Part shown: positions 10,446 to 20,758 of the stretch, one piece after another | Layout of the letters: the number at the start of each line of letters is the position of its first letter | Numbering within the stretch: position 1 is the first letter of the stretch | Sequence record: KY794643.1 | Source of the DNA: Staphylococcus phage vB_Sau_S24 | Length of the DNA stretch: 64,000 nucleotides | Strand: one strand, 5' to 3' | Program-made: the position numbers and the translations under genes | Notes under the pieces: model-generated | What the model saw: only the letters and a program-made list of their open reading frames with translations | What the model was told of the DNA's origin: nothing | Database searches by the model: none

Positions 10446-10473
10446 AGTCAAGTCTTTACTTGACTCTTTTTAC
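10445..10473 (+). terminator. rho-independent terminator (GAGTCAAG..CTTGACTC + T5); a second copy of this module is at 16424
   Basis: Hairpin plus T-run, followed by TGGTATATTAATATA. Confidence 0.65.
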
Positions 10474-10508
10474 TATATATGGTATATTAATATAGAGGTG
10501 ACTTAAAA

Positions 10509-11045
10509 ATGGATTTTAATTTTAGTGCTTTTGATGAGAGTTCATTAGCAATGAGAATTAGTGAGGGCGTATACTATTTCAATGATACCCCTTACTACTT
10601 TATTGAGCATGTAGAGGAAGAACTATCAGAGTATGTTATTGTATATGATATACATGATAGAGAGGAAAAAGAAAATCCTCAGAAGAAATATAGAATAGAG
10701 TCTTATCAACGGACAATACCAGGAGGAACACCTCTTAGTAATTTAATTAAGAGTATGATGCCTCAACGTAAATACCCTAAGAAGGTCGTAGAAGACCCTA
10801 TATTTGTGGCTAATATTATTCCTCTAGGGGTGGATACAATAACAGGTAAAACTGGTAAAGGGTTCTTTGAGAGAGATAGGGATAGAACTATTTACTCACA
10901 GAAAGAACCAACTAAAGTAGTTCATGGTCAATACACAGGTGTTTTTATAGGTCTAACAAATGTTAAATGGAATAGAACTTACACTCCTTTAGAAAGTGTT
11001 GTAGAATACTGTAAGAGAGTCAAAGGAGATAGATTAAATGTCTAA
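10509..11045 (+). CDS. hypothetical protein (178 aa)
   Basis: RBS AGAGGTGA. Confidence 0.55.
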   Translation: MDFNFSAFDESSLAMRISEGVYYFNDTPYYFIEHVEEELSEYVIVYDIHDREEKENPQKKYRIESYQRTIPGGTPLSNLIKSMMPQRKYPKKVVEDPIFVANIIPLGVDTITGKTGKGFFERDRDRTIYSQKEPTKVVHGQYTGVFIGLTNVKWNRTYTPLESVVEYCKRVKGDRLNV

Positions 11046-11805
11046 CGATGTAGTTAAGTTCTATGAAAAAGATATTAAAGACCTTATAAGAACTAAAAAA
11101 CACATGTTTAAAGATGACGAAATAACTAGTGATATAAATGATATACGTATCTTTAATGAGAAAGTAATCTGTCAAGGTAAGTGTAGGACAGATTGCTTAG
11201 TGTTAGACCGTAATGGTACTGTCATGGGTATAGAAATAAAGACTGAGAGAGATTCTACCCAAAGGTTAAACAACCAATTAAAGTATTACAGCTTAGTATG
11301 TAAGTATGTTTATGTAATGTGCCATGATAAACATGTACCTAAAGTAGAGCAAATACTAAAGAGATATAAGCATACTCATGTAGGTATTATGAGTTATATC
11401 AATTTTAAAGGTAAACCTGTTGTAGGTAAATATAAAGATGCTACACCATCACCACATAGAAGCCCTTACCACACAATGAATATATTATGGAAGACTAACC
11501 TTATGACAATACTTAGACTGATTAGAGACCCTCATACGTACAGAACAGGGTATAGTTATAATGCTAGTGGTAGATATAGTGGAGGTGAAGGTAACTTCTC
11601 CCAAACAACACAGAGTAAAAGAATGAAGAAACCTGCTATTATTAATCAGATAATACATTATGTAGGGGTAGATAATACCTATAAACTCTTTACAAGAGGT
11701 GTTATTTATGGTTATAATAATAGGTGGGAGGTAATAGAAGAAGATTTCTTTAATACTATGAAGAATGGGGTAAGAGTAATCAATGAGCAAAGACAAACCA
11801 AATAG
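11038..11805 (+). CDS. hypothetical protein; possible PD-(D/E)xK-type nuclease
   Basis: Segment DCLVLDRNGTVMGIEIKTE looks like a D..(D/E)xK nuclease motif. The call is weak. Confidence 0.5.
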   Translation: MSNDVVKFYEKDIKDLIRTKKHMFKDDEITSDINDIRIFNEKVICQGKCRTDCLVLDRNGTVMGIEIKTERDSTQRLNNQLKYYSLVCKYVYVMCHDKHVPKVEQILKRYKHTHVGIMSYINFKGKPVVGKYKDATPSPHRSPYHTMNILWKTNLMTILRLIRDPHTYRTGYSYNASGRYSGGEGNFSQTTQSKRMKKPAIINQIIHYVGVDNTYKLFTRGVIYGYNNRWEVIEEDFFNTMKNGVRVINEQRQTK

Positions 11806-12229
11806 ACGTAAAGAGATACAACATCAGCCTGTTAACTTTGCCCCTACAAATACTTTAACAGGAGCTAATAATAGTTTCTTAACTAAAAAGCCTGCAGAAC
11901 CTAAAGATACAACATCTGTTATTGAATACAGAATTCTTTTTATTAAGAGGTTCGATAATGTTACTAACACTGATGTTAAACTACAGAAAAAATATGCATT
12001 AAATCTTATTAGTGAAGCACTTGATGTTAAAGAAACTTATCTATCTCTCAAGCAAAAAGGTAAGAAAGTAGAATCTATACTTCATACAGACCGAGTATAT
12101 TATGTTCATAGAGGTAAGAAACTAATTGGTAAGTGTAGTATCAGAGAACAAAGAACTTTTAGAGGTAAACACTTAATATTTATATTCAAGACAAGACATA
12201 GAGTTAAAGCAGAAAGGAAAGATAAGTAA
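11783..12229 (+). CDS. hypothetical basic protein (148 aa)
   Basis: ORF overlaps the previous gene. Confidence 0.45.
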   Translation: MSKDKPNRRKEIQHQPVNFAPTNTLTGANNSFLTKKPAEPKDTTSVIEYRILFIKRFDNVTNTDVKLQKKYALNLISEALDVKETYLSLKQKGKKVESILHTDRVYYVHRGKKLIGKCSIREQRTFRGKHLIFIFKTRHRVKAERKDK

Positions 12230-13092
12230 TGTTAAAAGGATTTTCAGAACATGTAGATAAACCTACAACGATTAAGACCTTATATAAGACACTAACAAGC
12301 GGTAAAGTAGAATTACTAGGTGTATCCTATGATAGTGATTATTTCCCTTCAGGTGTTACAGTACAAGCCTACATTGAAGATATAGGTAATGTAGATGAAG
12401 GGATTCAGTTTGTTAATAAAGTAAACGTAGTGGAATCAATGAAACAAGCTGTAGTAGGAATGAATAATCAGTTAGGTTCTTCAGGTCTTGGGTATGTTAG
12501 AACTGAACAACTTAAAAAAGAACTAGAAGAAACAGGATTAATGACAGATTTACTAGCTAGAGGTACTAACTTAACTTCTACTAAGAAAGTAGATATTGTA
12601 AGTACATTCATAGAACCTACTGTAACTTACCAAGATATTACAATAGCTAAAGATATTAAATTACGTTTATATAAATTAGAAGAGGAATCACCATTAAATA
12701 GGTATACTCATATTGTATATTTACTTACTACAGAAAAATTATATGATGGTCAAACACTATTTGGTATGTTATCTAAGAAAGATAAGTTATCTAAGGGTGA
12801 TACAGAGAAGTTATTAGCATTCTTCAGAAATAATAGTTTAATAAGTAAAAGTGTATTTTGTGTTAAGTTATTAAGTAAAGACTATCACTTCAATTTGTAT
12901 AATACACATGAGACAGGTATATTCTTTTTAGAAGATACAGATATTATTACAGTTGCTTGTGGTCAATCATATGTTAAAGTTAACACTAAAGACATTAAGT
13001 CTAGTCATGTTAAAATTGAAAATGATACTAAGAAATTAACTGAGATAGTAATTAACTTAAAAGGTGAAGATACATTAACTATTTTATTATAA
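12229..13092 (+). CDS. hypothetical protein (287 aa)
   Basis: RBS AAAGGAAAG. Confidence 0.6.
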   Translation: MLKGFSEHVDKPTTIKTLYKTLTSGKVELLGVSYDSDYFPSGVTVQAYIEDIGNVDEGIQFVNKVNVVESMKQAVVGMNNQLGSSGLGYVRTEQLKKELEETGLMTDLLARGTNLTSTKKVDIVSTFIEPTVTYQDITIAKDIKLRLYKLEEESPLNRYTHIVYLLTTEKLYDGQTLFGMLSKKDKLSKGDTEKLLAFFRNNSLISKSVFCVKLLSKDYHFNLYNTHETGIFFLEDTDIITVACGQSYVKVNTKDIKSSHVKIENDTKKLTEIVINLKGEDTLTILL

Positions 13093-13450
13093 ATATGTAG
13101 TAATTAGGTATAAATATACGGTATATAAGAGGTTTTCATAATGTTTTTAATACAGAAGCTAGTTAGGTTTTTTCTACTTACTCTAGTTTCTGTGAAATTA
13201 TATTTATGAAAAGTTAAAATATCTTTTAGGTAAAGGCTTCGTAATTAGTTAAAAAATATATTAAAATTTTATACAAAGTAGTTAATAAAATTATATTACA
13301 TTTATATATTATGAAATTATAACAGAAATTATGATATATTATATAGTGTAACCCTGAAACAGTTGATGTGGTAAGGTTTGTTTATGTTCATTAAACTGGT
13401 TTCAGAAAACCAGTTACCATAAATAAATGACAGTTAAGGAGAGCTATATA

Positions 13451-14182
13451 ATGGCTAGAAAAAAGAATTTACGAAATAAAAACAGTGATATAAAAGTTGT
13501 TCCTGATAAAGAAAAAGAGAGTATATTATCTAAACTATATCATAATAAATTACTACGCTCAAAGGTAGATAATGCATTAGATGAGGATATGAGTTATGAT
13601 GATATTATAGAACTATGTAAAGAATATGATTTAGAGTTGTCTAAATCAGCTATTACAAGATATAAGAGTAAAAGAAAAGAAGCTATTGAAAACGGTTGGG
13701 ATTTAGGAGAGTTAATTGATAAACGTAAGAAAACAAGTGTAAAAGATATTAAGGAAAAAGAAACTCCTATATTAGAAGAGGAGCAACTTTCTCCATTTGA
13801 GCAATCAAAACATCATACACAAACAATTTATGATGATATTCAAGTGTTAGATATGATTATTTCTAAAGGTGCAAAAGGGTTAGAATTTGTGGAAACTTTA
13901 GACCCTGCTTTAATGATACGTGCAATGGAAACAAAAGATAAGATTACCGGAAACCAATTAAAAGGTATGTCATTTATTGGACTTAGAGAGTTACAATTAA
14001 AACAAACAGCTCAAGATACAGCTATGAGTGAAGTATTATTAGAATTTATACCCGAAGAGAAACACGAAGAGGTATTACAACGATTAGAAGAACTACAAAA
14101 TGAATTCTACAAAAACCTAGATTTAGATGAGGAAAGTAGAAAATTAAAAGAAGCTCTTGATAGAGTAGGCTATACAATTTAG
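13451..14182 (+). CDS. hypothetical protein (about 244 aa); start moved to ATG 13451
   Basis: RBS TAAGGAGAG precedes ATG 13451 (MARKKN...). The structured 5' UTR contains hairpin CTGGTTTcagaAAACCAG. Confidence 0.55.
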   Translation: MARKKNLRNKNSDIKVVPDKEKESILSKLYHNKLLRSKVDNALDEDMSYDDIIELCKEYDLELSKSAITRYKSKRKEAIENGWDLGELIDKRKKTSVKDIKEKETPILEEEQLSPFEQSKHHTQTIYDDIQVLDMIISKGAKGLEFVETLDPALMIRAMETKDKITGNQLKGMSFIGLRELQLKQTAQDTAMSEVLLEFIPEEKHEEVLQRLEELQNEFYKNLDLDEESRKLKEALDRVGYTI

Positions 14183-14199
14183 ATAGTGAGGTTAGAGTA

Positions 14200-14658
14200 A
14201 TGGCAGATGAGATTAGTTTAAATCCAATACAAGATGCTAAGCCAATTGATGATATAGTAGAGATTATGACATATTTAAAAGACGGAAGAGTACTGAGAGT
14301 TAAGCAAGACAACCAAGGGGATATCCTTGTTAGAATGAGCCCAGGGAAACATAAGTTTACTGAAGTATCTAGAGACCTAGATAAAGAGTCATTCTACTAT
14401 AAAAGGCATTGGGTTCTATATAATGTATCTGTTAACTCTCTTATAACATTTGATGTTTACCTAGATGAAGAATACTCAGAAACAACTAAGGTTAAGTATC
14501 CTAAAGATACTATTGTAGAATATACAAGAGAAGACCAAGAAAAAGATGTTGCTATGATTAAAGAAATACTTACAGATAATAATGGTAATTATTTCTATGC
14601 ACTTACAGGAGAAACAATGCTCTTTGATGAAAATAAATTAAATAAAATTAAAGATTAA
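14200..14658 (+). CDS. hypothetical protein (152 aa)
   Basis: RBS GTGAGG. Confidence 0.55.
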   Translation: MADEISLNPIQDAKPIDDIVEIMTYLKDGRVLRVKQDNQGDILVRMSPGKHKFTEVSRDLDKESFYYKRHWVLYNVSVNSLITFDVYLDEEYSETTKVKYPKDTIVEYTREDQEKDVAMIKEILTDNNGNYFYALTGETMLFDENKLNKIKD

Positions 14659-14722
14659 GGTTGACAGTTCTTAAAGTATATGATATAGTATATGTATACT
14701 AAAAATAAAGGAGCTAACAATT

Positions 14723-15166
14723 ATGTTTATTTCATTAAATCAAGAAGAGAAAGCATTATTAACTAAAGAGGAAAGCAAGTACACACCACTAGAAACATCA
14801 AGAGAGTTTAACACACCTAAGGAAGAATTCATTGTAACAAGTTATAATGAAGGTAAACCTTTAGATTACATTGCAAAAGAAGCTAAAGTAAGTATGGGAT
14901 TAATTTACACAGTCTTAAACTACTATAAAGTAGGTAAACGTAACAAGAAATCACCTGTAGAAGAAAAAATTGCACACATCTTAAAGGATAAAGACTTAGT
15001 TAAAGAGATTATCAAAGATTACCAGTATATGAATTTACAGGACATTTATAGTAAGTATAATCTTCATAAGAATGGTTTATATTACATCTTAGATTTATAC
15101 CATGTAGAAAGAAAATCTGAACTTAAGGACAAAGCATTAGAAGAAGATAATATTGTCGTTGAGTAA
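14723..15166 (+). CDS. hypothetical protein (147 aa)
   Basis: RBS AAAGGAGCT. Promoter TTGACAGTTC..TATGAT lies upstream at about 14660. Confidence 0.6.
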   Translation: MFISLNQEEKALLTKEESKYTPLETSREFNTPKEEFIVTSYNEGKPLDYIAKEAKVSMGLIYTVLNYYKVGKRNKKSPVEEKIAHILKDKDLVKEIIKDYQYMNLQDIYSKYNLHKNGLYYILDLYHVERKSELKDKALEEDNIVVE

Positions 15167-15182
15167 GTAAAGAGGTTATAAT

Positions 15183-15887
15183 ATGAGAAATAAAAAATCA
15201 TTTCAAGAACAGTTAAATGACATGCGTAATAAAGAGAAATGGGTATCTGAAGAGGAGTTCACTGAAGAAGTGGCTCCTACTGAAGAGCCTGAAGTAGAAG
15301 AAGGAAAACTATACACTTTAGATGAGCTAAAAGAAAACTTATTAGATGCTCAAGGATTAAAAGATGTTGTAGATAATTTTCCTGCATCTAAACCAATATA
15401 CGAGACTAATAAGCTTTATATTTGTACAATACCAAAAGGGTATCGTTCTAAAGAGGTACAACCAGGTCAATACATTGGTATCAGTATAGGATTATTATCA
15501 GAGTCAGAAGAATTTGACCATTTAAGAGGTCAAATGCCTAGAAATCTTTATGAAACTTCTCATGTTTTAAAACCTTTAGTCCGTATTAATAATACAAGTA
15601 TCGAATACCAACAACATGAGTTACTTGAAGATATTAAAGATGATAAGAAAGTATATGATGCTGAATTAGAAGAACTGAGATTAGTAACCGGAGAAGAAAT
15701 TTCTTATTTAGAGATTGTTGATAGTAAGTTTTTTGAAAGTCGTATTAATGAAGTCCTTGATTTTTACCATGAACTAACGGATTCCGATAATTTAATTAAG
15801 TATTATAGCAAATTACGAGAGTTAGTCGGAAATGATAGAATGATTTATTGTCCGCTTTTAAATAAATGTGTTAAAATTATAGAATAG
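15183..15887 (+). CDS. hypothetical protein (234 aa)
   Basis: RBS AAAGAGGTT. Confidence 0.6.
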   Translation: MRNKKSFQEQLNDMRNKEKWVSEEEFTEEVAPTEEPEVEEGKLYTLDELKENLLDAQGLKDVVDNFPASKPIYETNKLYICTIPKGYRSKEVQPGQYIGISIGLLSESEEFDHLRGQMPRNLYETSHVLKPLVRINNTSIEYQQHELLEDIKDDKKVYDAELEELRLVTGEEISYLEIVDSKFFESRINEVLDFYHELTDSDNLIKYYSKLRELVGNDRMIYCPLLNKCVKIIE

Positions 15888-15892
15888 TAACT

Positions 15893-15931
15893 AGTCTCCT
15901 CTTATATTAGAACTGTAAGAGGAGACATTTT
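15893..15931 (+). terminator. rho-independent terminator
   Basis: GTCTCCTCTTA..TAAGAGGAGAC followed by T5. Confidence 0.75.
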
Positions 15932-15947
15932 TGTAGAGGTGTTAATT

Positions 15948-16346
15948 ATGTCAAAAAAAGCAAGTGTATTTTATATACTGGTGGTTATTGTTTTGGCTTT
16001 TTCTATCTCATCTTATTATATATCATCTTTCATGTATCACGACAAAACAAAAAACCAAGTCTCTACTGAGTTATCAAACACAGGAGAGATTAAAGAAGAA
16101 AAGAACGTAGAATTTGTTAGTGACTATACATTGAAAGAGGTTAAGGATAATAAGGCTTATTTTATGGAAACATTACCTACGTACCTTCCAGGTAGAACAG
16201 GAGATAACAGCATAGATATGAGGTACTACAAAACAAGTAGATTTAAAGAAGGGGTAAATTTCAAGCTTATTAGGGTATATACTGAAGATGGGGAAGATAA
16301 TCCAATTCATAAGTATAGGTTTGAGGCAGTACCAACCGAAAAGTAA
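15948..16346 (+). CDS. membrane-anchored protein (ATG start; the ORF track used an upstream GTG)
   Basis: GAGGTG lies 6 nt upstream of ATG 15948. N-terminal TM helix. Confidence 0.55.
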   Translation: MSKKASVFYILVVIVLAFSISSYYISSFMYHDKTKNQVSTELSNTGEIKEEKNVEFVSDYTLKEVKDNKAYFMETLPTYLPGRTGDNSIDMRYYKTSRFKEGVNFKLIRVYTEDGEDNPIHKYRFEAVPTEK

Positions 16347-16423
16347 TAGGGGGTGACTAAAAATGACAGTACTTATTGTTGTCATCTTTATTGCTATCAT
16401 TTATTACTTATGGAACAGTGATT

Positions 16424-16453
16424 GAGTCAAGTTAATTCTTGACTCTCTTTTTG
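16424..16453 (+). terminator. rho-independent terminator, second copy of the 10445 module
   Basis: GAGTCAAG-ttaatt-CTTGACTC followed by TCTTTTTG, then TGGTATATTAATATA. Confidence 0.65.
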
Positions 16454-16492
16454 TTTTATGGTATATTAATATATAGGAAGGAGAGATTAACT

Positions 16493-16735
16493 ATGGAAAT
16501 GGCAGATTTAGAAAGATTTGATGCATTTGTAAGACTAATTTCAGATGATGAGCTTTCGGAGGAGAGAATACTAGAGCTAAGCGTAGATTTACTAAATCCG
16601 ATACTAGAAGGAGGTACAGCTTACAAAGCTAAAAAACGTATTCAAAGTAAATTTGGTAAGTTAGAAGCAAAAAACTTCAAAAGAAATTATAAGTTCTTAC
16701 TTAAGTCGATAGCTCAAATAGACCAAAGGAGATAG
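16493..16735 (+). CDS. hypothetical protein (80 aa; ATG start inside the track ORF)
   Basis: RBS GGAAGGAGAG precedes ATG 16493. Confidence 0.5.
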   Translation: MEMADLERFDAFVRLISDDELSEERILELSVDLLNPILEGGTAYKAKKRIQSKFGKLEAKNFKRNYKFLLKSIAQIDQRR

Positions 16736-16739
16736 GACA

Positions 16740-17297
16740 ATGACAGAAAGGGAAAAATTAGTTAAAGATATTGATGAGGCTAATAGAGATATTCAAATCA
16801 GGTTAAAAGAAGTAGACGATTATAAGGATATTATACGCTCTAAGGGGACACGTAATTATGTATCTACAAAAGTATTAGATTCAATTATGGTAGGGTTAAT
16901 TATAAGTTTCTTTATTCTTGTGATTCTACGTGTTATTGAGTATCTTGTAACAGGTAATGCTGTTTACTCACCTTTAGCACCTGCAGTTATTATTATGTTT
17001 GTTTTAGCACTAGGAACTTGGAAAGTAAGTAAGATGAATAAAATAGTATCTTACAGGGGAAGTATAAAGATATATTGGGAGCTAAGTAATGCTGAGCAGA
17101 AACAAGCTGAGATATTTAAGTATCCGGATGATGAGGTAGATATAGTAGCAAAGCATAAGTTGAGACAAATTACTTTCAGTGAGATAAATATACTTCACTT
17201 TAAATATATGAAGTATAATAAGGCAGTAGAGAACCACACTAAATTATCTAAAGAACTTTTTAAAAAAGATAAAGAAACTGTTGACAAGAACAAATAA
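16740..17297 (+). CDS. membrane protein (185 aa)
   Basis: RBS AAGGAGATAGG. Two TM helices. Confidence 0.55.
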   Translation: MTEREKLVKDIDEANRDIQIRLKEVDDYKDIIRSKGTRNYVSTKVLDSIMVGLIISFFILVILRVIEYLVTGNAVYSPLAPAVIIMFVLALGTWKVSKMNKIVSYRGSIKIYWELSNAEQKQAEIFKYPDDEVDIVAKHKLRQITFSEINILHFKYMKYNKAVENHTKLSKELFKKDKETVDKNK

Positions 17298-17332
17298 GTG
17301 TAGTATAGTATTACTAAAGAAGGAGAGATATT

Positions 17333-17509
17333 ATGGTTATACCTAGTATTAAAGCACAAAACAAATTCAAGAATGAGTTAGAGTATTATAAGCAGGGTCA
17401 CATTAGTGAAAGTGAAATGTTAGAATTAGCTTTTGATTACATCCAAGAATTAGAACAAAATAATGAATACGTTACAAATATGTTAGAAGAGGAGAGATAT
17501 GGTGAGTAA
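17333..17509 (+). CDS. small hypothetical protein (58 aa; below the ORF-track cutoff)
   Basis: RBS GAAGGAGAGATATT precedes ATG 17333. Confidence 0.45.
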   Translation: MVIPSIKAQNKFKNELEYYKQGHISESEMLELAFDYIQELEQNNEYVTNMLEEERYGE

Positions 17510-17750
17510 ATTTATTGGAGTGTACTTATTTAATTTATTAGTAGTAGCATTAATTTATACAGTAGGGTTTTTATTCTTTTATGGTGTATCTAGTTTAGTT
17601 ATTCTTATAACACATGCTACGATTGACCCGTTTGTATTAGCTACTTTCTTAGGGATAGGATTCTTGGTTATTAGAACAGCACACAGAATTATGGTACGAG
17701 TAGTAAATGACGCAGTAGCCCAAGCCATTAAGGATAAAGAAAATGAATAA
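17499..17750 (+). CDS. small membrane protein (83 aa)
   Basis: Two TM helices. RBS GAGGAGAG. Confidence 0.5.
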   Translation: MVSKFIGVYLFNLLVVALIYTVGFLFFYGVSSLVILITHATIDPFVLATFLGIGFLVIRTAHRIMVRVVNDAVAQAIKDKENE

Positions 17751-17763
17751 AGGGGAATTTATT

Positions 17764-17976
17764 ATGGATAAAACATTACCAAAGTTTAGTGTATATGAAG
17801 TTATTGTAAAGACTGTAATTATGACACCTACAGAAGGAAGTTCTAACCGAGAATCATTTTACTTTTCAACCCAACAGTTAGCAGAAAGATTTGTTAAGGA
17901 AAATCAAGCGGAAACAAAAGACGGAAAGCGTGTATCTTTTTCTATTAAAGAACGTAAAGTCAATCAACCGAGCTAA
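17764..17976 (+). CDS. hypothetical protein (70 aa; ATG start inside the track ORF)
   Basis: RBS AAGGGGAA precedes ATG 17764. Confidence 0.45.
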   Translation: MDKTLPKFSVYEVIVKTVIMTPTEGSSNRESFYFSTQQLAERFVKENQAETKDGKRVSFSIKERKVNQPS

Positions 17977-17999
17977 CATTAATTTGTTAGCTTTTTTTA
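17970..17999 (+). terminator. rho-independent terminator, followed by TTGACA at 18000
   Basis: GAGCTAACA-ttaatt-TGTTAGCTT followed by T6. Confidence 0.7.
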
Positions 18000-18056
18000 T
18001 TGACAAATCGTTTTATATAGTGTATAGTAATATTATACAGAAAAGGAGGAACTATT

Positions 18057-18701
18057 ATGAAAGTTTCAGAAGAAGTAAAACAGAGTTACTTAGAGAATAA
18101 ATCTAATACTAAGATGGATAAGATAAGTTGGTCTGAGTTAAGGTCTAGTCCTGCAGGTAGAACATTAGGAGAATTAATATACCTTAGTGTAGTCGTAATA
18201 AATAATATCATAGCTATAGGATTAACATTAACTCTAGGAGACATTATCAAAGACTCAATTGACAGCACTCTAGCTCAAATAATTGTAGGGATGTTCCTAA
18301 TCATTACTGTATATGGTATACTATCAGCTTTAATACCTATACTCATATTTAAATCTGTATTTCCTGGTTGGGAATACACTGAATGGAATAATTCTTATTA
18401 TTTGAGATTACCTGGAGAAAAAGATTATAAGTACTATAGCTACTGGTATTTAAATTTATTAGGTGTTACTGAGTTTTATCGGACAAATGATGAAGGTAAA
18501 GAAATTAAAGAAACTAGTTTAAGTTGGGTTTTTTATACTAAGGTTGATAGACCTGAGGATATTAACCATTGGAAAAATCAATTAATAACTAACAGACCCT
18601 TAACAATTTCCGAGTACAAAAAACTAAAGAAAATAGATAAAGAAAGTGAAATTAGAAAGCAAGAAGATTTAGAAGAGTATCAAAGATACAATAATTTATA
18701 G
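18057..18701 (+). CDS. membrane protein (214 aa)
   Basis: RBS AAAGGAGGAAC. TM helices. Confidence 0.55.
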   Translation: MKVSEEVKQSYLENKSNTKMDKISWSELRSSPAGRTLGELIYLSVVVINNIIAIGLTLTLGDIIKDSIDSTLAQIIVGMFLIITVYGILSALIPILIFKSVFPGWEYTEWNNSYYLRLPGEKDYKYYSYWYLNLLGVTEFYRTNDEGKEIKETSLSWVFYTKVDRPEDINHWKNQLITNRPLTISEYKKLKKIDKESEIRKQEDLEEYQRYNNL

Positions 18702-18715
18702 GAGGTGAGAAACCA

Positions 18716-18964
18716 ATGATAAGTTCATTTGATAGTGTATTACTTGTAATATACATTATTATAGCTTTTGCAGTAGCTATGGCAATACTTTATTTAGTAT
18801 TTAAAGGTATGGCTATCCTACTAGATAAACTAATGATGTTATTATTAAGTAAAACTACTCTAGATGTAAAAGCTTGCTCTGTAATAGTGTCAGGTATCAT
18901 TACAATTGTGTTTGGTATTATTGTACTTTTAATAGGGCTAGTGGTAAACAATATTTTATTGTAA
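18716..18964 (+). CDS. small membrane protein (82 aa)
   Basis: RBS GGAGGTGAG. Confidence 0.5.
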   Translation: MISSFDSVLLVIYIIIAFAVAMAILYLVFKGMAILLDKLMMLLLSKTTLDVKACSVIVSGIITIVFGIIVLLIGLVVNNILL

Positions 18965-18975
18965 GGAGATTTACT

Positions 18976-19152
18976 ATGGATTTTAATGATTTTATAAACA
19001 GTGAATCTGATAGAGTAGGAAAACCTAAACAAAAAAAGAAGGTAGAAAAACAACTACCTTCTTCTACTCCTATCGAAGAAAAGGAAGAAATGTTAAAAAG
19101 AATAAGAGAGAAATCATTATATATTGATTTAAGGAGAAAAAGAAATGACTAA
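18976..19152 (+). CDS. hypothetical protein (58 aa; ATG start inside the track ORF)
   Basis: RBS TAAGGAGAT precedes ATG 18976. Confidence 0.45.
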   Translation: MDFNDFINSESDRVGKPKQKKKVEKQLPSSTPIEEKEEMLKRIREKSLYIDLRRKRND

Positions 19153-19441
19153 GGGAACAAATGTACTTTACAAAGATAAGTATAGAGGTTATACTATAGT
19201 TGTGAGACTAGCAGGTAATATTATTGTTACTGAAGTAGATAAGAAAAATAAAACAAAATTCTCACCTATTATATTTGATAATGGTCGAGAAGGTGTAGAA
19301 CTTGTAATGCGTGTAGGTTCAGAAGAGCTTGGTATGGAAGAACTTAGAGAGTTTACTAAAGAAGTATCAACAGCTCAAAAAGCTTTAGAATATTTTAATA
19401 AAAAACTTTACATTAAAGGCTTGACAGATGGAGAATTTTAG
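19145..19441 (+). CDS. hypothetical protein (98 aa)
   Basis: RBS AAGGAGAAAAAG. Confidence 0.5.
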   Translation: MTKGTNVLYKDKYRGYTIVVRLAGNIIVTEVDKKNKTKFSPIIFDNGREGVELVMRVGSEELGMEELREFTKEVSTAQKALEYFNKKLYIKGLTDGEF

Positions 19442-19488
19442 TATATACTAAGAGTATAAATAAAAAAAAGAAAAGAGGAATGATTATT

Positions 19489-19671
19489 ATGTTATTAGGA
19501 ATTTTATGGTTTATATGGGGATTTGTATCTTATTTTGTAGTGATGCTTGGGATTGAATTTTATAAAGATAGATGGACACTAGGAGTTATTGGAGCAGGAG
19601 CAGTACTGATATTCTTATTTTGGGTTATGAAGTCTATCCACAATGCTATGACAGTAGTATACTTGTATTAG
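19489..19671 (+). CDS. small membrane protein (60 aa)
   Basis: ATG 19489 follows GAGGAATG. Two TM helices. Confidence 0.45.
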   Translation: MLLGILWFIWGFVSYFVVMLGIEFYKDRWTLGVIGAGAVLIFLFWVMKSIHNAMTVVYLY

Positions 19672-19683
19672 GAGGTAATATAG

Positions 19684-20052
19684 ATGAATATATTAGTTAT
19701 CCATTATGAAGACACAAATAAACGAGTTCTAAAAGAAACAATAAAAACAATACAAAACCAATTAAATGATGAACATGGTTTGGTTAAAATGACAGCAACA
19801 AAACTTAGTAGAAAAGCTATAGAAGAGGATTTTAATGATTACAATATAGTTATTGCAGAAAATGACCCTGGTAGTTTTTACAACTATGGAGAGGCAGTAG
19901 AGGAAGCGGATTTTGTTATAGATATACCAATTTCATATTTAGATATACATGCAGGTGTAGAGTGGGATGTAGATAATCCTGTAGATATGTTAGATAGAAA
20001 CCCTGATTTTATAGAAGCTATGGGTCAATTAAATGAGGACTTAATGTTATAA
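19684..20052 (+). CDS. hypothetical protein (122 aa); a distant relative of the ~100-aa paralogous family
   Basis: RBS TAGGAGGTAA. N-terminus MNILVIHYEDTNKRVLKETIKTI and an EEAD motif resemble the family. Confidence 0.5.
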   Translation: MNILVIHYEDTNKRVLKETIKTIQNQLNDEHGLVKMTATKLSRKAIEEDFNDYNIVIAENDPGSFYNYGEAVEEADFVIDIPISYLDIHAGVEWDVDNPVDMLDRNPDFIEAMGQLNEDLML

Positions 20053-20064
20053 GGAGGAAATAAA

Positions 20065-20412
20065 ATGTTAAATGAGAAACTAAAAAATTTAGAAGATACG
20101 AAAGTGTATATGATTAATAGTATTGCAAGTTTACTAAGTTCAAGTACAGGTAAGTTAAGTAAGGTATTTTTTGATGAAGGAGATATTAAAATTGTAAGTG
20201 GTGACATTAAAGCAGTAGAAGTTATTGATAACTTAGTTCATCCTCATTCAGGACGTTTACCTATTAAAACAACAGAACGTATTGCTCTTGGTAGATTAAC
20301 AGATTCTTTACAGTTTGTTATTTCAGAAATAGAAGTGGTTAAAGACCAAATTACAGATGAGGAAAACCAAGCTTACATTGATTTTATGATGGAAGATTGG
20401 GATTGGGACTAA
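20065..20412 (+). CDS. hypothetical protein (115 aa)
   Basis: RBS AAGGAGGAAATAAA. Confidence 0.5.
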   Translation: MLNEKLKNLEDTKVYMINSIASLLSSSTGKLSKVFFDEGDIKIVSGDIKAVEVIDNLVHPHSGRLPIKTTERIALGRLTDSLQFVISEIEVVKDQITDEENQAYIDFMMEDWDWD

Positions 20413-20417
20413 CGCCT

Positions 20418-20690
20418 ATGGACTTAATGACAATTGCTTCTGTTGCCTTTATAGCTGTCGTTATCATTGACTTACTCAATGATGATATGAGCTATATATT
20501 AACGGGTATTGCAATATTAATAAACATTTGGGCAGGTTTTTATGAATGGTACTTTTTACTACAAGCAGGTATGCTACTTTTCTTACTCTTAGCTAGAAAA
20601 GGTGAAGATGCCAAGGAATCTATAGTATACTCAGGTGCTTCGATATTATGTGTATTAGGTATGATAGTAAATCTTCTTGTATTTTCTTAA
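20418..20690 (+). CDS. small membrane protein (90 aa)
   Basis: TM helices; ATG start inside the track ORF. Confidence 0.45.
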   Translation: MDLMTIASVAFIAVVIIDLLNDDMSYILTGIAILINIWAGFYEWYFLLQAGMLLFLLLARKGEDAKESIVYSGASILCVLGMIVNLLVFS

Positions 20691-20758
20691 AATAAGTGTT
20701 GACACTTCTAAACTTTTGTATTATACTATAAGTATAACAAGTACAGGAGATGATTAAT

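Noticed and set aside
13093-13450. 350-bp AT-rich intergenic region with imperfect inverted repeats, considered as a replication origin
   Set aside because: It has no iterons, no DnaA-box-like repeats and no initiator gene nearby. It is more simply a promoter region plus a structured 5' UTR (hairpin CTGGTTTcagaAAACCAG) for the 13451 gene.
17891-18100. ORF 17891..18100 (69 aa)
   Set aside because: It spans the terminator hairpin and the TTGACA promoter at 17970-18005 and overlaps two better genes. It has no RBS.
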